Shown: piece by piece, positions 12,652-27,900 of the stretch | Position numbering within the stretch: the first letter of the stretch is position 1 | Layout: every line of letters starts with the position of its first letter | Assembly (NCBI GenBank): GCA_030141605.1 | Contig: JAQGDQ010000063.1 | Span: 1-64,000, forward strand | DNA: 64,000 bases | Reading direction: 5' to 3' | DNA from: Tubiluchus corallicola | Lineage: Eukaryota; Animalia; Priapulida | The notes under the pieces: model-generated | Told to the model about the DNA's origin: nothing | The model's database searches: none | The model's input: the letters and a program-made list of their open reading frames with translations, nothing else | Translations under genes and position numbers: made by a program

Positions 12652-12952
12652 ATGGACGCGTACGAGAATGAACGTAAAGATGCTGTAGTTGTAGACAGTA
12701 TGGATTACGAACACTTTGAAGTAGTTGGAGCAACAGGTGAAGAAAGTGTGGATAATGTGTCAAGTGAAAATTATGCAACTGAGATATCAAATAAGCCTAC
12801 GATATGTGCCGCTGAAAACAGAATAACTATTTCTGATTGCGCAGAAAAAGTGAATATGGTTAAGGATGCACCACTTATTCAGTTGAACGAACAAACTTTG
12901 TATCTGCCTAAGGAAGTTCAGTTACTAGATGTTAGCAGTGCATCAGAATCAG
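12652..12952 (+). CDS. Candidate alternative first coding exon A (MDAYENERKD...SSASES)
   Basis: Acceptor cctcag at 12636, ATG 12652, 100 acidic codons, phase-1 donor G|GTGAAA; possible upstream UTR-exon donor GTAAGT at 12126. Confidence 0.55.
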
Positions 12953-15900
12953 GTGAAAAATTTTACATAAATCATAATTTAGCATATAAGCGATAGTTAC
13001 TTAAATAGTTACTTAATTGATATTATGCTGCTAATTCCACAGCTAATATTTCGCAACCGAATTTGACCACAAGGAAAGAAATGTAGAAAACTCAGGACTT
13101 GGCTTGAATTTGAGCTAGGACCTTTGAATTACAATTCCTATGTTAGACCATAAGACCCCTAGATTATACAGTGCCTTGTAACCATGGTAGATCTAAATTT
13201 AATACTATTTGATTACCAACCCATCCAGACTGTCCAAGAGTTAGTTTATTCTGGATAAACAGGTACTAACTAGACAAATAGAAAGTTTGCAGTAGTTCTT
13301 TTTAAAATACACGCTGAAAGTATTGCTCAGTCACGTACTTCGCGCCCACTCATTTGTTCTATTATCAGCTTTAGCTTATGTGTGCTTCTTTAGCTTAGTG
13401 TCGATTTTGTGATGCATAATTTTTGTGGAATGGCTAATGCCGTCGTAGATTAACAATACACGCCTAAACGTTTTTCTCTACCCAAACTTTGTAGTACTTA
13501 GCGACTTTATTTTCTGTCATACTAATTGTACCTCTTGTAACGTGTGCAATACTAATAGCTGTACGGTGTTGATCGTCCCAATTTCAGGCATCTTAATGGT
13601 AAAAAGGGAAAAAAGTTAGGCCTTCAAGGTCCTTGACAATGCTCAGAATAATGGGCGTTGTTCGTAACGTACAGTAGCAGCTAGGGCTGGTTCCAGACTA
13701 TTTTACGCCTTAGGCAAGACCAGATATTTGCACCTTCCCTCCCAAAAATGTCAACTTCGGTTTTTTAAAATGCATTTATAGAAAAAAATAAACAGCATAA
13801 AACTTGAACTGCTAAAGGAACAGACAAATCAAATAAATGAATTTTCTCTGCATGACTTTGCCTTTGCAAATTTTGTCAGCAATTTAACAAGACTGTGAAC
13901 TGTTGTGAAACTGATCACTATAACCACAATCCAATATTAAATCCTGCTTGGCATACATTGTTGTGGGGAGACCGGGATCTCTCGTTACCAGGGATAATTT
14001 TTTAAGATGAGTCTCTTCATGCATACTCCCTCAACGAGATCGGACCATCAGCAATATAGCATACCAATCTGCGGAGGAGCAGTTTTTCTGGCAGTCGCCC
14101 ATCCATTTACCTACCAAAGACGAGTACTTACCTTCAATCTCTAGTACTTAGTCACTTAGTTATCTCTCGCCACAGCATTAGAATAGAGCATTTTGCAGCG
14201 TTGCCCTGGTTTTCTGGGGCAAAGTGTGGTGTGTCATAATTACCGCTACATACATGTATCACTGAGGGTGTTCTAATAGGAATTATTGTGTTTCATATTT
14301 CAATAAAATGCCAACATTTTTATTGTTATTAACATTTTTATTAGTTTACAATACCTGCGCGGATATTACAGATGGTAACCTAGCTGTAGATTACATTTTC
14401 TATTAGCAGGAACAGTCAAACAATCTTTGCGAAACCTGACACAGGTTGAACTTAAAGCGCCATTTCTGCACGCTTTATGTTTACGTAGAAATTTTGTTTT
14501 ATATTAATTTATTTTTCTTTATTTATCAAGTTTTCAGAAATCTTTTGTGGGATTTGAATAAGAAGCCATTGCTAAATTTTCCTAAATTGTAAGTCAGTCT
14601 AAGTCGACCCCGAGCTTAGCAACTTCCCTGAAACATTTGCACTTTTTTAAGAGTCACCCTGAGCCCACTGAATGTCATTGTTTTAAAACGTTTCCAAATA
14701 TTGTATAATTATGTTCAGCTAGTATACATCTGCTCTGAAGGTGACAGGCTAAGATTTGTGTATTGCCATGAAATTTACACTGGAAGCGCTTGCCAGCCAT
14801 GCGTGGAATCTAGTAAAACAAAACATCATTGCCTTGAACCAAAACATGAACCTTAATAATAAACACTTTGTTCAATACCGAAATAAAAGCAACGGGTGAA
14901 CTGAAAAAAAATTGATTTTAGTATGCCAAATGTTGGCCTAAAGATACGCTGGGTAAATTTCTGTACATGGTTTTTAAAAACAACATACAGTAAGTGTTGG
15001 ACCAACGAAAACGACTTATGGTTACTGCCACTGATTAATCTGTAAAAATTTACTATTGCTTAAGAAAATCTGCAATCGATTTACTATCTGCTTGGATGTC
15101 CATTGACAAATTAGGAGAAAAACAAGGAAATGCTAAAAGGCCAAAGGCCTGGTGTCTACAGATATCAACCAAAGCTAAAGAAATCTTGATTAAAAATCTC
15201 ATTACAAGAACGATGTTCTGTAAACGTTTCATCGACTGAATTTTGTAAGAGTTTATACCTATCTTCCGAAAAAACCAATTTTGATTTTGTAAATGAAAAT
15301 TGTGCATTGTTTAATTTTGAATACAATTGTATATAAAAATTCGTTTTACTCGTTTTATTCATTTTGTTCAAGTTTACACGAAACATGGAAGGAACGCTAT
15401 CTTGATAATAAGTCAGATACCGGTCTCGTGACTATAGTTTACTTTGAGTAAATCCTGTAGTTGAACACTGGATTCCCGTTTGCAGAATTGTACAAAAAAG
15501 TATTAAAGATATCAAAAATTATTGTCTAAATACGTGTCATATATGCACTGTTCTTTGATTATAACTTGCTTACTTTGCGCGCCCTTTGATTATCTTTAGA
15601 AGGCGATTACCTTTAATGATCAATTAAAAACGAATATGTCATGTAGCTAAAGACTATGACGCAACAGAAATGGTCCAAGGCTTCAGCTCTTTATGACCTT
15701 TCGTTTATTCAGTTTAAAGTATTTCTTAATTAAACAGCTCTAGTTAGTTAATTACTTAAAGAACGGATTGCTATCATTTTTTGTTGTGAACGAAGGACAT
15801 TATTAATCTTTCCAATCATCCTACCAAATTTCATCTCAACAGGATAAATACTTATGGAATTGAAAAGAGTGTGACGGACAGAGTGACGTGAGTGACGGAA

Positions 15901-18900
15901 TGATCAAATCACTGGACCTTTTTAGGCCCCAGCTGAAGCTCGAGAATTACTAGGAATTGACGTCGAATGTGTCTGTTCACTGGCTCCCTTGCGTTTGCAT
16001 AGTTGCTAGGCAACTCGCTGTCTGTCGTCTGCTCTGACGTGGTACCGGATTGACATTTGGCAGATCTGCCAGACGTAAATTATCTTAAGAGCTCGTTGCA
16101 AGTTACAGTACTTTTTCGTTCTAGAAACATGACCCAACTCAGGAGCATAACTACACGTTAAGGTCCTAGTCAGGTACCGAAGTTTGGTCTGATTATAGGG
16201 CCTACAATAATGTTCGTCGTTGCAACTCACGTGTTTTTTGGCAACTGGGGTCCTGTCCCCGCCTGCGTGGAACCGCAGCGCTTAGAGTTAAATATAGAAC
16301 TATCAGATTTCGGCCTGCTGGTACTGATGTTGCACTCCCTGTGTTAGCATCTTCTTTCTATCCAGAACATCTCCCGTGTTTCTCTCAGTTGCTGATTTAA
16401 ACTTTTTAGCAGGAAGTTCTGTTTAACTAGGATTACTCGAATACCTTGGTGAGTCTTCATAACTTTAGGATACTTATGAAAACGAGACATTCTATAGATT
16501 TTAAATTTTAATAATACTATTATATATAAGAGGATTAGGCTAAGTTAAAGAAATGTTAAATGTTAAAGAGATTTTCCGGCTTTTGTAGAGCATGAAAATT
16601 TGAATTTGGAATCTAAAATAAGTTTTCTACATATTATATTGGACAGGTGAAGTAATTTATACTCTTGTACACTTTTATAATCATTTTAGACCTACTGTAT
16701 GTGGTGGAAACGACATTTGCTGTATTTATATGGCATGACATGCAGAACAAGCGACGCAACTGCGTCTCAATAAGATTTTCATTTTTATAGACTTCAGAAG
16801 AAGTTGAATGTTTCGGAAGGTAAAATTCTTGAAGCGAAGTCATTAAAGTTTTTAATCTGAATTTTATTATCACGTACGATATTTTGAATTCATGATAGCG
16901 TCATGAATTATTTTTCATCCCAACCCTGTTTCTGACTCACCGTCGAATCACGTGGTGCACATCCTAAACGTTGAATAACAAAGTGTTTCAAAAATAAACT
17001 TATTCAGGAAGCGCATTTCAAAATCATGTGCTTTGAAACTATTATTTTGACGTACTAAAATTATTAAACTGATGTGTTATAATTATAAAGTCGTGAGTTC
17101 TACAGTTCCAAAAACGCGTAGCTTAAGGCTTAGTTATATCATGTTATATAAAGTAATCTTGTACGTAAAACGCTTGTTTACTTTATGCGCATAATAATAA
17201 AAGTTACTGCTTTACTAGTTATACTTAGATAAAACTGCTATAATTACACATAGTTTTATCATAATTCTTTAAAGTCTATGTATGTATTTGAGTGTTAATT
17301 ATCAGTAGTAGTGGCTAGTTTAATTATCTAGCCCGTATGTTGGCGGGTTTTCCCATCTCTGTTTGTTTTACTTCAAGGAAAATATGAACATTTTTGTATC
17401 GCGTGACTGTAGAACCGCGGGTGGCGCCACTACAGTCAAGCCACGCGGCTGCGTTAAGTTCATATGGATGCATACGTCTTTTGGTAATCACAGACGTATA
17501 GGCAGTACTAGATTGCTGACGTGTTTATTCGCCTAAAAATGTTTGTCAGTTATAGAAAATTTATCAAAAATCAACTGATTCAAAATCAAAGGTATAAATA
17601 AAATTCGTGCATGTTACACTAAAACACTAAAATATATTTAATTAATAGACATACATGCATACATACATTACGCACTCTTTGTGTGTATACAATCTTTACT
17701 TGTTCTTACAAAAATAAACATTAGCCAAAGGGCATTAAATAAAGTAGTGTGTACGATCACGCAAGTGTACACCAGACAAAGCTACTCGATAGGCTTAGTT
17801 GGAGTGCCCGAAAGGGGCATGTTTTTCTTAATTTTATCCATTTAAATCACTTACAAAATGCTTAAACAAGTAGCAGTTGGATAGCCGCGATTCTCCTAAA
17901 TAGAACAGTACCTGGTTTGTAATCATTTAGTTATGCGTGTAGTAGCAGAAAAGTCATAGGTCTTCTAAGACCTATTTGGAGTGGTGCGGTCTTGAAGGAG
18001 TTAAAACCAAGGCCGATAAAGCAAGAGATATACAATTTAATATCAAATAAATAAATAAAAAATAATGAATTTAGCATATAGTTTGCAAAAAAGCAAAGTT
18101 CCACTTATGGCACTCAGTCTGCGTGGCCGAAAGATGTAGGCCTACTTTACACGGCTCTTGGGAATGCTTATCTGAGATTTGTATGAGTAAGCGTTCAATA
18201 TCATGTACTGTATTATAAACATTGAGGAAACTGTAGCAATTTTACAGAACCAAAACATTCAGGAATCTCATTGACAACCGTCGCCTCCTTTATTACTAAA
18301 ATACCAAGAGCTCATTAAAACTACCAGAAATGCAATATTGATAAAAATAGTGTCTTTGTTGTAGTAGAATTATTGAATGTATAAATTTAATAAATAGTAA
18401 TTAAGTAATTAATTAGTAATTAATCACGTTGTAAAAGTGACTTTCTCGAACCATCTGAGGTTTGAAAACAAACTCAAAATTCGATAAAAATCTGTCTTTA
18501 CTAAAAAATTTAAACCAGAAGGCAGAGATCACTTAAAGGGGAACAAAATAAATTCCCCTTTCTCAACCATGAGCACTGTTGTAAATAAACCACCATTTTC
18601 CGGAATTGCAGAATGTAGCTACAGTATATGTAGTGGTTTACCGCAATGAGAACAGTCAGCTGTCGGTTCAAAAACATTCCAGAACATTTCACAATAGTCA
18701 GAAGCCATCTTGAGGAACCTACTTGTTTGCGAAGTTCTTTTAGCTAATCAGGCAAGCATGAGTTCATTGGCTTCATATCTGCGTGGAGAGCTGTTTGTAC
18801 TCGATTCATGCTTTAACTACAATACTGCGCAAATGCACAAAATATTTTAACATCTTTGTTATCGCCCTTTGCGTGTTTCACCTTACTAAGGGCTTCATTG

Positions 18901-21900
18901 TGAATAATGTGATTTTTGATTAATGTTTTACAGTTCCCGATCAAGCCTTTAGCAGGATGAAACACGTATAAGACGGTAATAAAGCCTATCTTAAATAAGA
19001 AAATATTCTCGCTCATTTATAAAGAGCCAAATTGTATTTGAAATGGCTATTTGAGCACACTCCGAGAATCCTTCTTATAATTAACTACATCAATTGTATT
19101 TGAGAAAGAAAGAGTTTTAACATCGTACATCGTGGATTGATGTTTTAGTTTGTGAAACTTGAAAATCGAAAAGTATAACGTGATTGTTTTTTGAAGGTAG
19201 TTTAGCTCTTGTTACATCAATCATTTTACACCTGTAAACATCAACCTGTCACTAATGTTAGTAGGAGTACGTATACTACAGGTGTGCATATTGAGGTGAC
19301 TCCTATTGACAGGAAAGATAAAGCATTTAGGGGAGTGCTTCTTTAAGTGTGAAGATAAGTTCAGCATTTTTGTAACTTGTAAGAGATGTTACCTTATGCA
19401 AATTGAGTCCAATAATAAATAAAAGAAACACCGGATGGCCACATGTTGTTAATTGTTATACACAGATAATATTAATTATATAATATAATTGCTTAATTGC
19501 AATTTGTCGCATTCCTTGGCATTGCCAGTTTGTTTGAGTCGTGCTTTTCAGAACTACAGTTGATTAAATCAAACTTTAACATAAATTCACACTGCAACAA
19601 TGCATTCGATGCATGCTGTGCAGACGTCGGCTGTTTCAACCTGTTTGTAACACCTTGTGCAAATAGCAATAATCGTGCCAAAAAGTTACAGTTTCATCAA
19701 TATGTGTGTGTAATACCAGGGTAATTATTATCGCAATTACCTCAGCGCTTGTGCACACTGACTGAAAGCCTGTTTAGCTGTGTCATTATTATCCTCACAG
19801 GACCATGCAATTGTGAGAACTTTTTTATTTCTGCAAGGAACAGCAGTTGTTATATAGTGTAACAAAAATAATGTATAATACTTGTGTACAAGAGTTTTTA
19901 TGTGCTTTTGTAAAAACTGGTCACAGCCAATTGCGAAAAGGACTCACTGCAGACTGTAGATAGTAGAATTTTCACTTATCAGAGTTTTGTGTATGCAGTG
20001 TGTTATGCTAAAATAGACAACTTATACAGCTTGATTAACATCTACTTACACTTACATATATTACTCATAAGGGAGAATTACATAATCTTTCCTAGATGTG
20101 CTAGATGTGAACTAACATGTTAGTTTTCAATACCTTATTGCCGTGTATTCAACAACTATTGCTTCAAAAGAGATTATCAAAGTCTACTTAAAAACTTAGA
20201 CTTAAAAAATTAAAAACCTGCAGAATGTGCCGCTTACCTGAGTCTGACCTATTGGCCTGTCGCGGCTTTACCAGTGAAAGATTATTAACACCAGATATAG
20301 AAATATATCATCAAACTTAAACTTCGCGTTAATATTTTATTGCCTATGCATTATGTGTGATGCGTATAGCAAACGAGTTTACCTTCAAATCAAATAATAT
20401 GCATGACGCGTTGATAAGACAGGTGTGATATTCGGCGGCCCTGTGTAATCAGTGGTTGCCCGGTTACCTGAGTTTCGTGTGGTGGTTTTATTTGAGAATC
20501 CGCCTGATCCTGAGCAAACACCTTTTCACTCTTGCTGGAGCTCCTCACAGAATTGACTGCGCAAATGTAAGACTGAGTCGTAAAACCCACTGCATGGAAA
20601 AGCAAAGTTTTTTCGTAGTATACAAACTGCTATATATGTAGTTTACCAGTTCCCGCGTTACACGAGAAAATATACAAGCACATACTTGTTAGGTAAATCA
20701 TATCACAGTCTGATAAATAGTTACTAAACTGCTAAAGCGACTTAGCCTAATTCGTCTGCTAACATATAGCTTACTTTTATTGTTTGTACACTTACTGCCG
20801 CTACACATGAGATAACGGGGCATATCGTGATCATATCTTTGTGATGCATTCAACAGAGGACACCACAGTCGTTTTCGCTATTTATTTGGTTCTGGTTAGT
20901 GAGGTGTTGAAACAACTCTTCCTTAAAATAATGGATTCAGTGGGTGCAGTGGATGATGCGCCATCATCAACACAGTTCTCTGGCAGAGTACGTAACATGG
21001 ACATTTCTACTTTTGGCAAGAAAAGCGGAAAATATGAGCCTGTCGAGTGCTCTCTTAACTGGACAACCTCTACGGATTCTATAGACACAACCGAAACGTC
21101 AGAGTCACAATATATTGAGTTCACGAAGTCATCAGTTAGTTACGATATATTGAAAGAAACGCCAACTCAGCGAGAGAACAAAAATCTTCCCAGCCCAGAA
21201 AAGATTTATTCCAAAAATGAAATAGAATTGTCGCCAATTATCGAGGAGGCTGATGAACATCTAGAAGATGAAAGAGGTAATGCGAACATCAGTGATGAGG
21301 CTGTTAGGATTTCCATGGTTAACTGTTTGCCTATAACAAATGATCGTGTGAATGATACTGATGCACAAAATACGATCACTAGTGATGAGCGCTTGAACGA
21401 AGCCGAGTCCTGGAAAACATTAAGGAATGGTGAGTGTGTAGTTTCAAATTCGACAGTTCTACGGCGTGTACCAAAAATAATTTTAATATAAAAATTGAAG
21501 AAAGGAACGACCAAGTGCATTAACAAAATGAGGAAGATAATTCAACGAATTATAACTTACCCGAACTAATTTATTCACATATTGGCAGGGCCTATTTCAG
21601 CCTAAGCGAGGCCCGGGGAAGTGGGGTGTGTGAGGCCTCCTCGGGGGGGGGGGCGGTCTCCACCATGGTTGGCGCCCAGAAAAATTTTTGAACTGCTAGA
21701 ACGCCGGACAAGCATTTTCGAAGAGAAAATATGGAGTTGTACAGTATGTTCGCATAAAGCAAAAAAGAATGTTACCTGAGCGCGAGGCCCCCCTGGAGGG
21801 TGAGGCCCCGGGGAAGTATCCCCACTTCCCCCCCTTGAAATAGGCCCTGCATATTGGTGAAGACTTCTTACAATTTTCGGAGTTACTTTGTTGAAAGGTT

Positions 21901-24900
21901 TACTTGTTGCTTCGTGCACTCTAAAATGGCAAAGGTAAAATGACAAAGTAAAAATGGCACAAACGGTAAAATAGGAAAAAATGGCACACCTATAAAACAT
22001 GATTTAGGGTTAGGTTTGCTTTTAGGGATAATTATTTTAATTACTTCTATTTTTACAAAGGAGGTCATTCTTTAACGCCGTTTGTTTGTTTGATTGTTTT
22101 TTGTCTGTTATATGGCAGTGTGCAAAACTTAACAGATTTCCATAAAATATTGTGGATAAAGGACAGGAATGTGCATTTTGACACAGGTTCGTGGACACGG
22201 GGGAGGGGCTGAAAACTGCCAAAGTGGTTTGGCCATTTCATTTCTTCCCTTTTTTGCCCGTTTTTCACAAAAACTTCAAAAAACATTCGTGAAGTGCTGC
22301 ATGGAGCTCTCGGACGGAATATTATAGCTCTTTGAAAAGAAGAGTATTTGGCTACAAGATATGATAATCAAATCCTTTATCTTCACTAGGACGATCGACT
22401 GCGAGTTAACTCCAAGTTCCATTTCGAGAAATATCTATTACCATCGTCCAAGAATCGAAGAAATGTAGATAAACACTATGTGGAAATGCATACATTATTT
22501 ATTATAATTTTATTTAATGAACAAAATTATGTTTTGTGGGTCTTTTGTTAGTCTGTATAACACTTATACAGGTATATTTTTGTACCTTTACTTGTTTATC
22601 TTTGTTTTTTTCTATAAAATAAATCAGACAAATATGTTTAGGATTTATCGACCTTGGCGAAAATCTGCTTTCTACTGATTGCATTCTAGTTTTACTATAG
22701 AAATTATTTGCATCAAAATCACGTATGTGCTATTTTTCCTACTTTTCCTTTAGTGCCATTTTACCTGTGCCATTTTTACCTTACCTGCGTCACTTTTACC
22801 AACATTTCTCGTTACTTGTATTGAAGTTACAAACTTAACCACTTAACTTAAATTATAAGTTTCAGTGTTTTAATTCTGTTAATTAATTCTTTGCACAGGT
22901 TTTCCCATTACACTGCCAAGCCCAGGTGTCGCTTTTGGCAACGTTTAATCCTCTGATCAAATATTGTTGACTAGAGCAAACATTCATTTTTTTATTTTGG
23001 TACTCAGAGAAGACCTCACTGTTTACCAAGTGCTTAAGTGCTTATATAGTCGAGCTTTAAACTGTTTCAGGCTTTGTGGATTTACGACATGTTCCTGTAA
23101 CCTGCTCCAGTTATTTATTACTCGGTTGGAAAAACAATGTAAATGTTATTGTTTTTTTGTAGTGGAATTTTTTTAAGCTTAAACTGGTGCTAGCTAAGCT
23201 TGAACATCAAAAACTAACGTAGATTGTATTTAAGATGTTTGATATCTTGACATATTGCCTCTTTGTCTTTGGTAAATTAGTGTGAAAAATTTCAAAGCTT
23301 CAAGTCAGTCATCGTATAACTAAGATATTTTAGAACGATTACTGGATTTTGTTCCTTTTTCTTTGTGCCATTTCTGTCTTGTCAACTATTCCTGTCTTTG
23401 ACAAATGCTAACCTGAATTTGAAGGATGACAAACCGCAGTGTTAAGTTTGACATTTTTAACGTTTTCAAACAGAGCTGAAAATGGGTCAATACGGCACGG
23501 GTAGTTTGAGTTGCTGGTTTTTCTGTAGGTCAGTTCTGCAACTGTGTTTTTCAAATATTTCAAGATCTTGACATTTTCAAGTCAACTAGTTTTGGCCTCA
23601 TATAATCACATAATTATTCTAGTGCCTGGCTATGCAGTTTTTTAGAACCTAGCAAGTAGCAACGTTTGCTGTAAAAATACAACGCATTAACACTTTAAAA
23701 CGGAGATAATATTTGGTGTAGGAGTGAATCAGTTCTAAGGATATTAGGGATGCCGCACTTTATTAATGTCAACCCACATAACTTGCATATGTTTCTGGGG
23801 CTCTTGGGCGGTGCTATGATTTAGTGCTTTGTTATGCTGTAAAACTGATACGATTTCTCCACAGTTAGTGCTTAGAATAGATCTTGTGCCTAGTTTTGTA
23901 TGCAAATGCGATATGTTTTCTCTCATTACCAATCATTAAACGTTTTATGGTAAGTTTGAGTTTGCGTACATACATGAGTGGGTGCCCCACAAATGCTTGA
24001 GCGTTGAGTGTTGATTCTAAAATATCTAGTGCGTCAAAATCAACATTCCGAAACTCTCAAGAGCACGGTGACTTGGATACCAAGAAACCCACGTTTCAGA
24101 ACTTTGTCCAACAAGTAAACAAGTTTGGCTTGGTGATACATTTCTAACCGCTAGGTTTGATCTTGTTTATTGCAGTCTTGTGTAAATGCAGCTTTTATTT
24201 GGTTTAACTTTTCCCGTCATTTTGGTTAGGGCTATTTTCAGGGTTCAGTGCTAAACTAAAACTGGTCTTGGTGCAAAGAAAAGTGTCTGTTTTACTCAGT
24301 TTGGCATGGTCTAGTTGTTGCATGTTGTTTGACTAGTAGTTTCTTTTTAGCTAAGGTTTATTGCTAGGAATTCAAACAGAAATTTTTAATGCAGTTCCCA
24401 TATGATATTCTGTAACTAAAATATGTTTTGAGGGATGAACTTTTGAGGTATGTACGAAAATGTGTTTTAAAATGTGAACTTTTTAGATTTATACAAATCT
24501 CTAATTAAGGGATTTTGGTTCCGTTGATGACAATCCGTATCACATCCAGCGGTTTGCATCAGCTTCCGTGTGCTTTCTAATTTTGTAATAGTGCTGCTAT
24601 GCAGTGCAGGAGTATTTTTTAATATTACATTACAAATCTAATATTACTTTACAATTTTAATATTATATTACATTACGTAATATTACAAAATCCAAATATT
24701 ACATTTATAAAAATGTTAAAGATTTGAAAATGAGAATTAGCGAGTTCTTTAAGCGTGGTCCTTTTTTATAAATTTTTAAATGTGATATTATGAGACTTTT
24801 CCGTAAAAGCGGTTCGTGTTCTTGCTATTAAGATTTTAATAACAGTACTTTAAGCATTTGTAATGGAACAAATTACTGATGCTAACAATCTTGCGTTTAG

Positions 24901-27900
24901 AGTTCTTTTTCTTTTGTTTGAGTAAGTATGTAGTGGCCTCTCACCACTTAAGTTCTAAGAATTGTTGTACAGATAAACGAATAATAAAATTATTTAATAG
25001 GAATTAACCTTATAAAAATAATAGTAATAAAGTTTATCTGACATTAATCTCTGTCCATTCAGCAGACGTGCTTGCTCAGTTTGCACAGACTCCCATTGTT
25101 ATCTACTTACCCTATTAGAGGTCATTGGTTCATCTTATTTTGTAGGTTAAGATGGATTTCTGCCTCATCTTCTTATGTGCATAACTGGTTTGATACATAA
25201 TTCTGCTCCCAGCTGCGTAATTAACAGTAGTAATTTATTTGCTTTGCTGTCTGTCTTGTTGGCCGCCAGGTGTCAGATGTGTTTGCTAATCCGATTACAC
25301 CTGTACTCAGTCATGTTTAGCGATTGTGTCCACTAACTGGCACTCGTTTTATAAAAAAATGTCTTAGGATTATTGCATTTATTGCAATATAATATGTATG
25401 TACATTGCGAGTATATATAATATAACTACTGTCATATCGTATTTACTTCTCTTGTTGTAGTCGTTGTCGTCGTTGTCATAATCAAAATTCTAGATAAAAA
25501 CGTAATTATCGTACGTTCAGAAAACAGTTATTTAAGCTTAAGAAACTTTTTTAAAGCGATTTGTTTGTTGAGTGCTAGAAAGAATTTGAATAGCTCACTT
25601 TTAGTGAACACTGTAATGATACATTCAGCCTATATACGTTTCCTTATTTTGCGAACAGTTTTTGTCAGTGTCCATATTTTGGCAGGGCTATAAATTATTT
25701 AGTTACCGGACTCTCAACTTTTGATTTAAGTACGTCAACTTCTCCTACAATTTTTGCTGTTTACTACTTTAAATATACCGCGCCTACTTCAAATATCTGT
25801 AGTTATATTAAACTCACCTACTATTTTATCTTAGAATGTATATGATATTTACAAAAGAATTTTGTTCTTTGTAGAATCGGACGCCGAGGAAGAGATGTCC
25901 GAGACGAAAGTAGCAAAGAAAACCGAAGAAAGTTCTAACGAACAGACGACTGTGGTGAAAAAGACAAAGAAGGTCAAAAAGAAGAAGCCTAAAACTGAAG
26001 GTGCCACAGACGGAACGGGTGAGGGTAAAAAAACAAAATCAAAGTCAAAATGTAAGCACCAGACTGTGTCGAATAGCCTGTGCCGTTTGCTGTGCTGTGA
26101 CTCCCACTCTCCCAAAATTCACCCCTACCTCCCTGTCTCTGTTTGTTGTTGCTAGTGTGCTAGCACTGAAGACGTTTTCTAAGACTCCATGTCGCACACG
26201 TGGTTACTGATCGTCTGCATGCTCCTTACACTTTTCCTTTTTCGTATTGCACTGAGTTTATTTGTCATCGTTACGTTTTTGTATGGTGTGATTTTGATTT
26301 TGAGTTTTTTTGGCAATGTTTACTTTTTTCTAGTTTTTCGTTCTTTAGTGCGATTATGCGAGTTCTTCGAAAGTGTAGGCCCACTTATTGTCGAACCATT
26401 TTGGATGATTTGGGTAAAAGAGTACAATATCATCGCTAGCACGCAACTAGTTATCTTAAAATGCAAAGATATTCGATGCTTTAGCTTTCTCCGACAGGGC
26501 AAAAAAGATATTTGATTGTGTGAATTTATGCTGAATATTTTTTGTAATTGTGAATGATTGAACTGTGTTAGATGATTTGCAAGTTGCTTACAGTTGTTTA
26601 ATTAAAGTATTTGCTTTTCTGTATAACTGTCATTAATAATGGCATAGATAGTCTATATTAAGTAAAATCATTGATGATAAAATTATTAGTTTGTTTACCA
26701 GCGTTTTTCTGTACGTGGGCTGTAGTCACTTGTAGGAGATGGAATGCGTTTTCTGCATGAGTTTTAAAAGTTTATTTTTAATTGAGTGTTGTTTGTGAAA
26801 TTATTTTTGAAGCACATGTATCTCAAGTTGTATATTTAAGTATTTTAATCGTGTACTGTATAGTAAATTGGCAATACGTAGTTATTAAAAAAAATTTGTG
26901 AGAACAAATGTAATTCAATATAATTTTGCTTTTGTTATAGTTCAGACTTTTGTAGCTCAAGATTCCATATTATCTACCATTTTAGTACGTTGTTGGGCTA
27001 TTATAGCTGCACATATCTGCAAATATTTATATTTTCTTCTGGACCGCTGGCAGCTTGTTGTTGTGCTGAAAAATTTCTCACATTCTTTATCACATGTGGT
27101 GGCCAGTCACCGTGACCCCTGAGAGGACCCTGTGAAAATTATCCCTTGAAATCTTTTTGAGAATATCCTATTCTGGTACTCAGATGTTTATTGTATCGGT
27201 GTTTTCGGTTTTTGACTGCCTATTTTAATTTTGTGCAACCGGAGCAGTGTTTCTAAAAATATTCTGAGTGACGTCATCGTGACGTTATCACTGTCGTAGA
27301 TCTTTACACCTGTTTAACTTTGCTATCAAGCGGAACTTCAAATTAGTTAAATTGTAAGAATATTTGATAAAATCCTTCATTACAGGTAACCGAAATGAGC
27401 GTTAATCCAGCATTTTACTGTGCGGTGCACCGTTGGTTTACAGTAAATGTTGAACAGCACTAAGCTCATTCTTATTCGATTGATTCAGTGCCTTACATTT
27501 TTTTAGTTCCTAGTCTAAACACGTTTAAAACCGCTAATAAAATTTGAATATTAACACATTTTAAACGTAGACAACTTTGACCCAGCTACAGTATTACTGT
27601 TCAAGGTTATTTTTCAAGTGTACCATGCCACTGTTATTCACTTTTACTGGTCAATTAAGACGCAACGTTGGCCATTGTAGTTTTACCGTCCATTAAGAGT
27701 AAATTCGATCGGGCAAATACACTAACAACTTGAGAGTAAACGTGTTATTATGAGAAGCAGTCGCACACGTGAGCTGTTGCAACGATGTTACAACAACAAC
27801 AGCTGTGATGTGCGCGACATGCAAACTTGGTTTCATTGTCTTGTCACAAAGAATACTTTGTTCAACAGTGTCTGTAATCATCCGCCTCTTCCTCTTTAAC

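Noticed and set aside
20882-21526. Antisense ORFs over exon B (likewise at 25849, 42617, 51470-53665 and 62443)
   Set aside because: Shadows of plus-strand coding exons.
21602-22286. Minus-strand ORFs of 61-132 aa
   Set aside because: They span GC-rich MITE and foldback sequence and have no protein motifs.
26001-26515. Hydrophobic ORFs (69-108 aa) after the Lys-rich exon
   Set aside because: T-rich intron sequence following a strong GTAAGC donor yields Phe/Leu/Val-rich pseudo-membrane ORFs.
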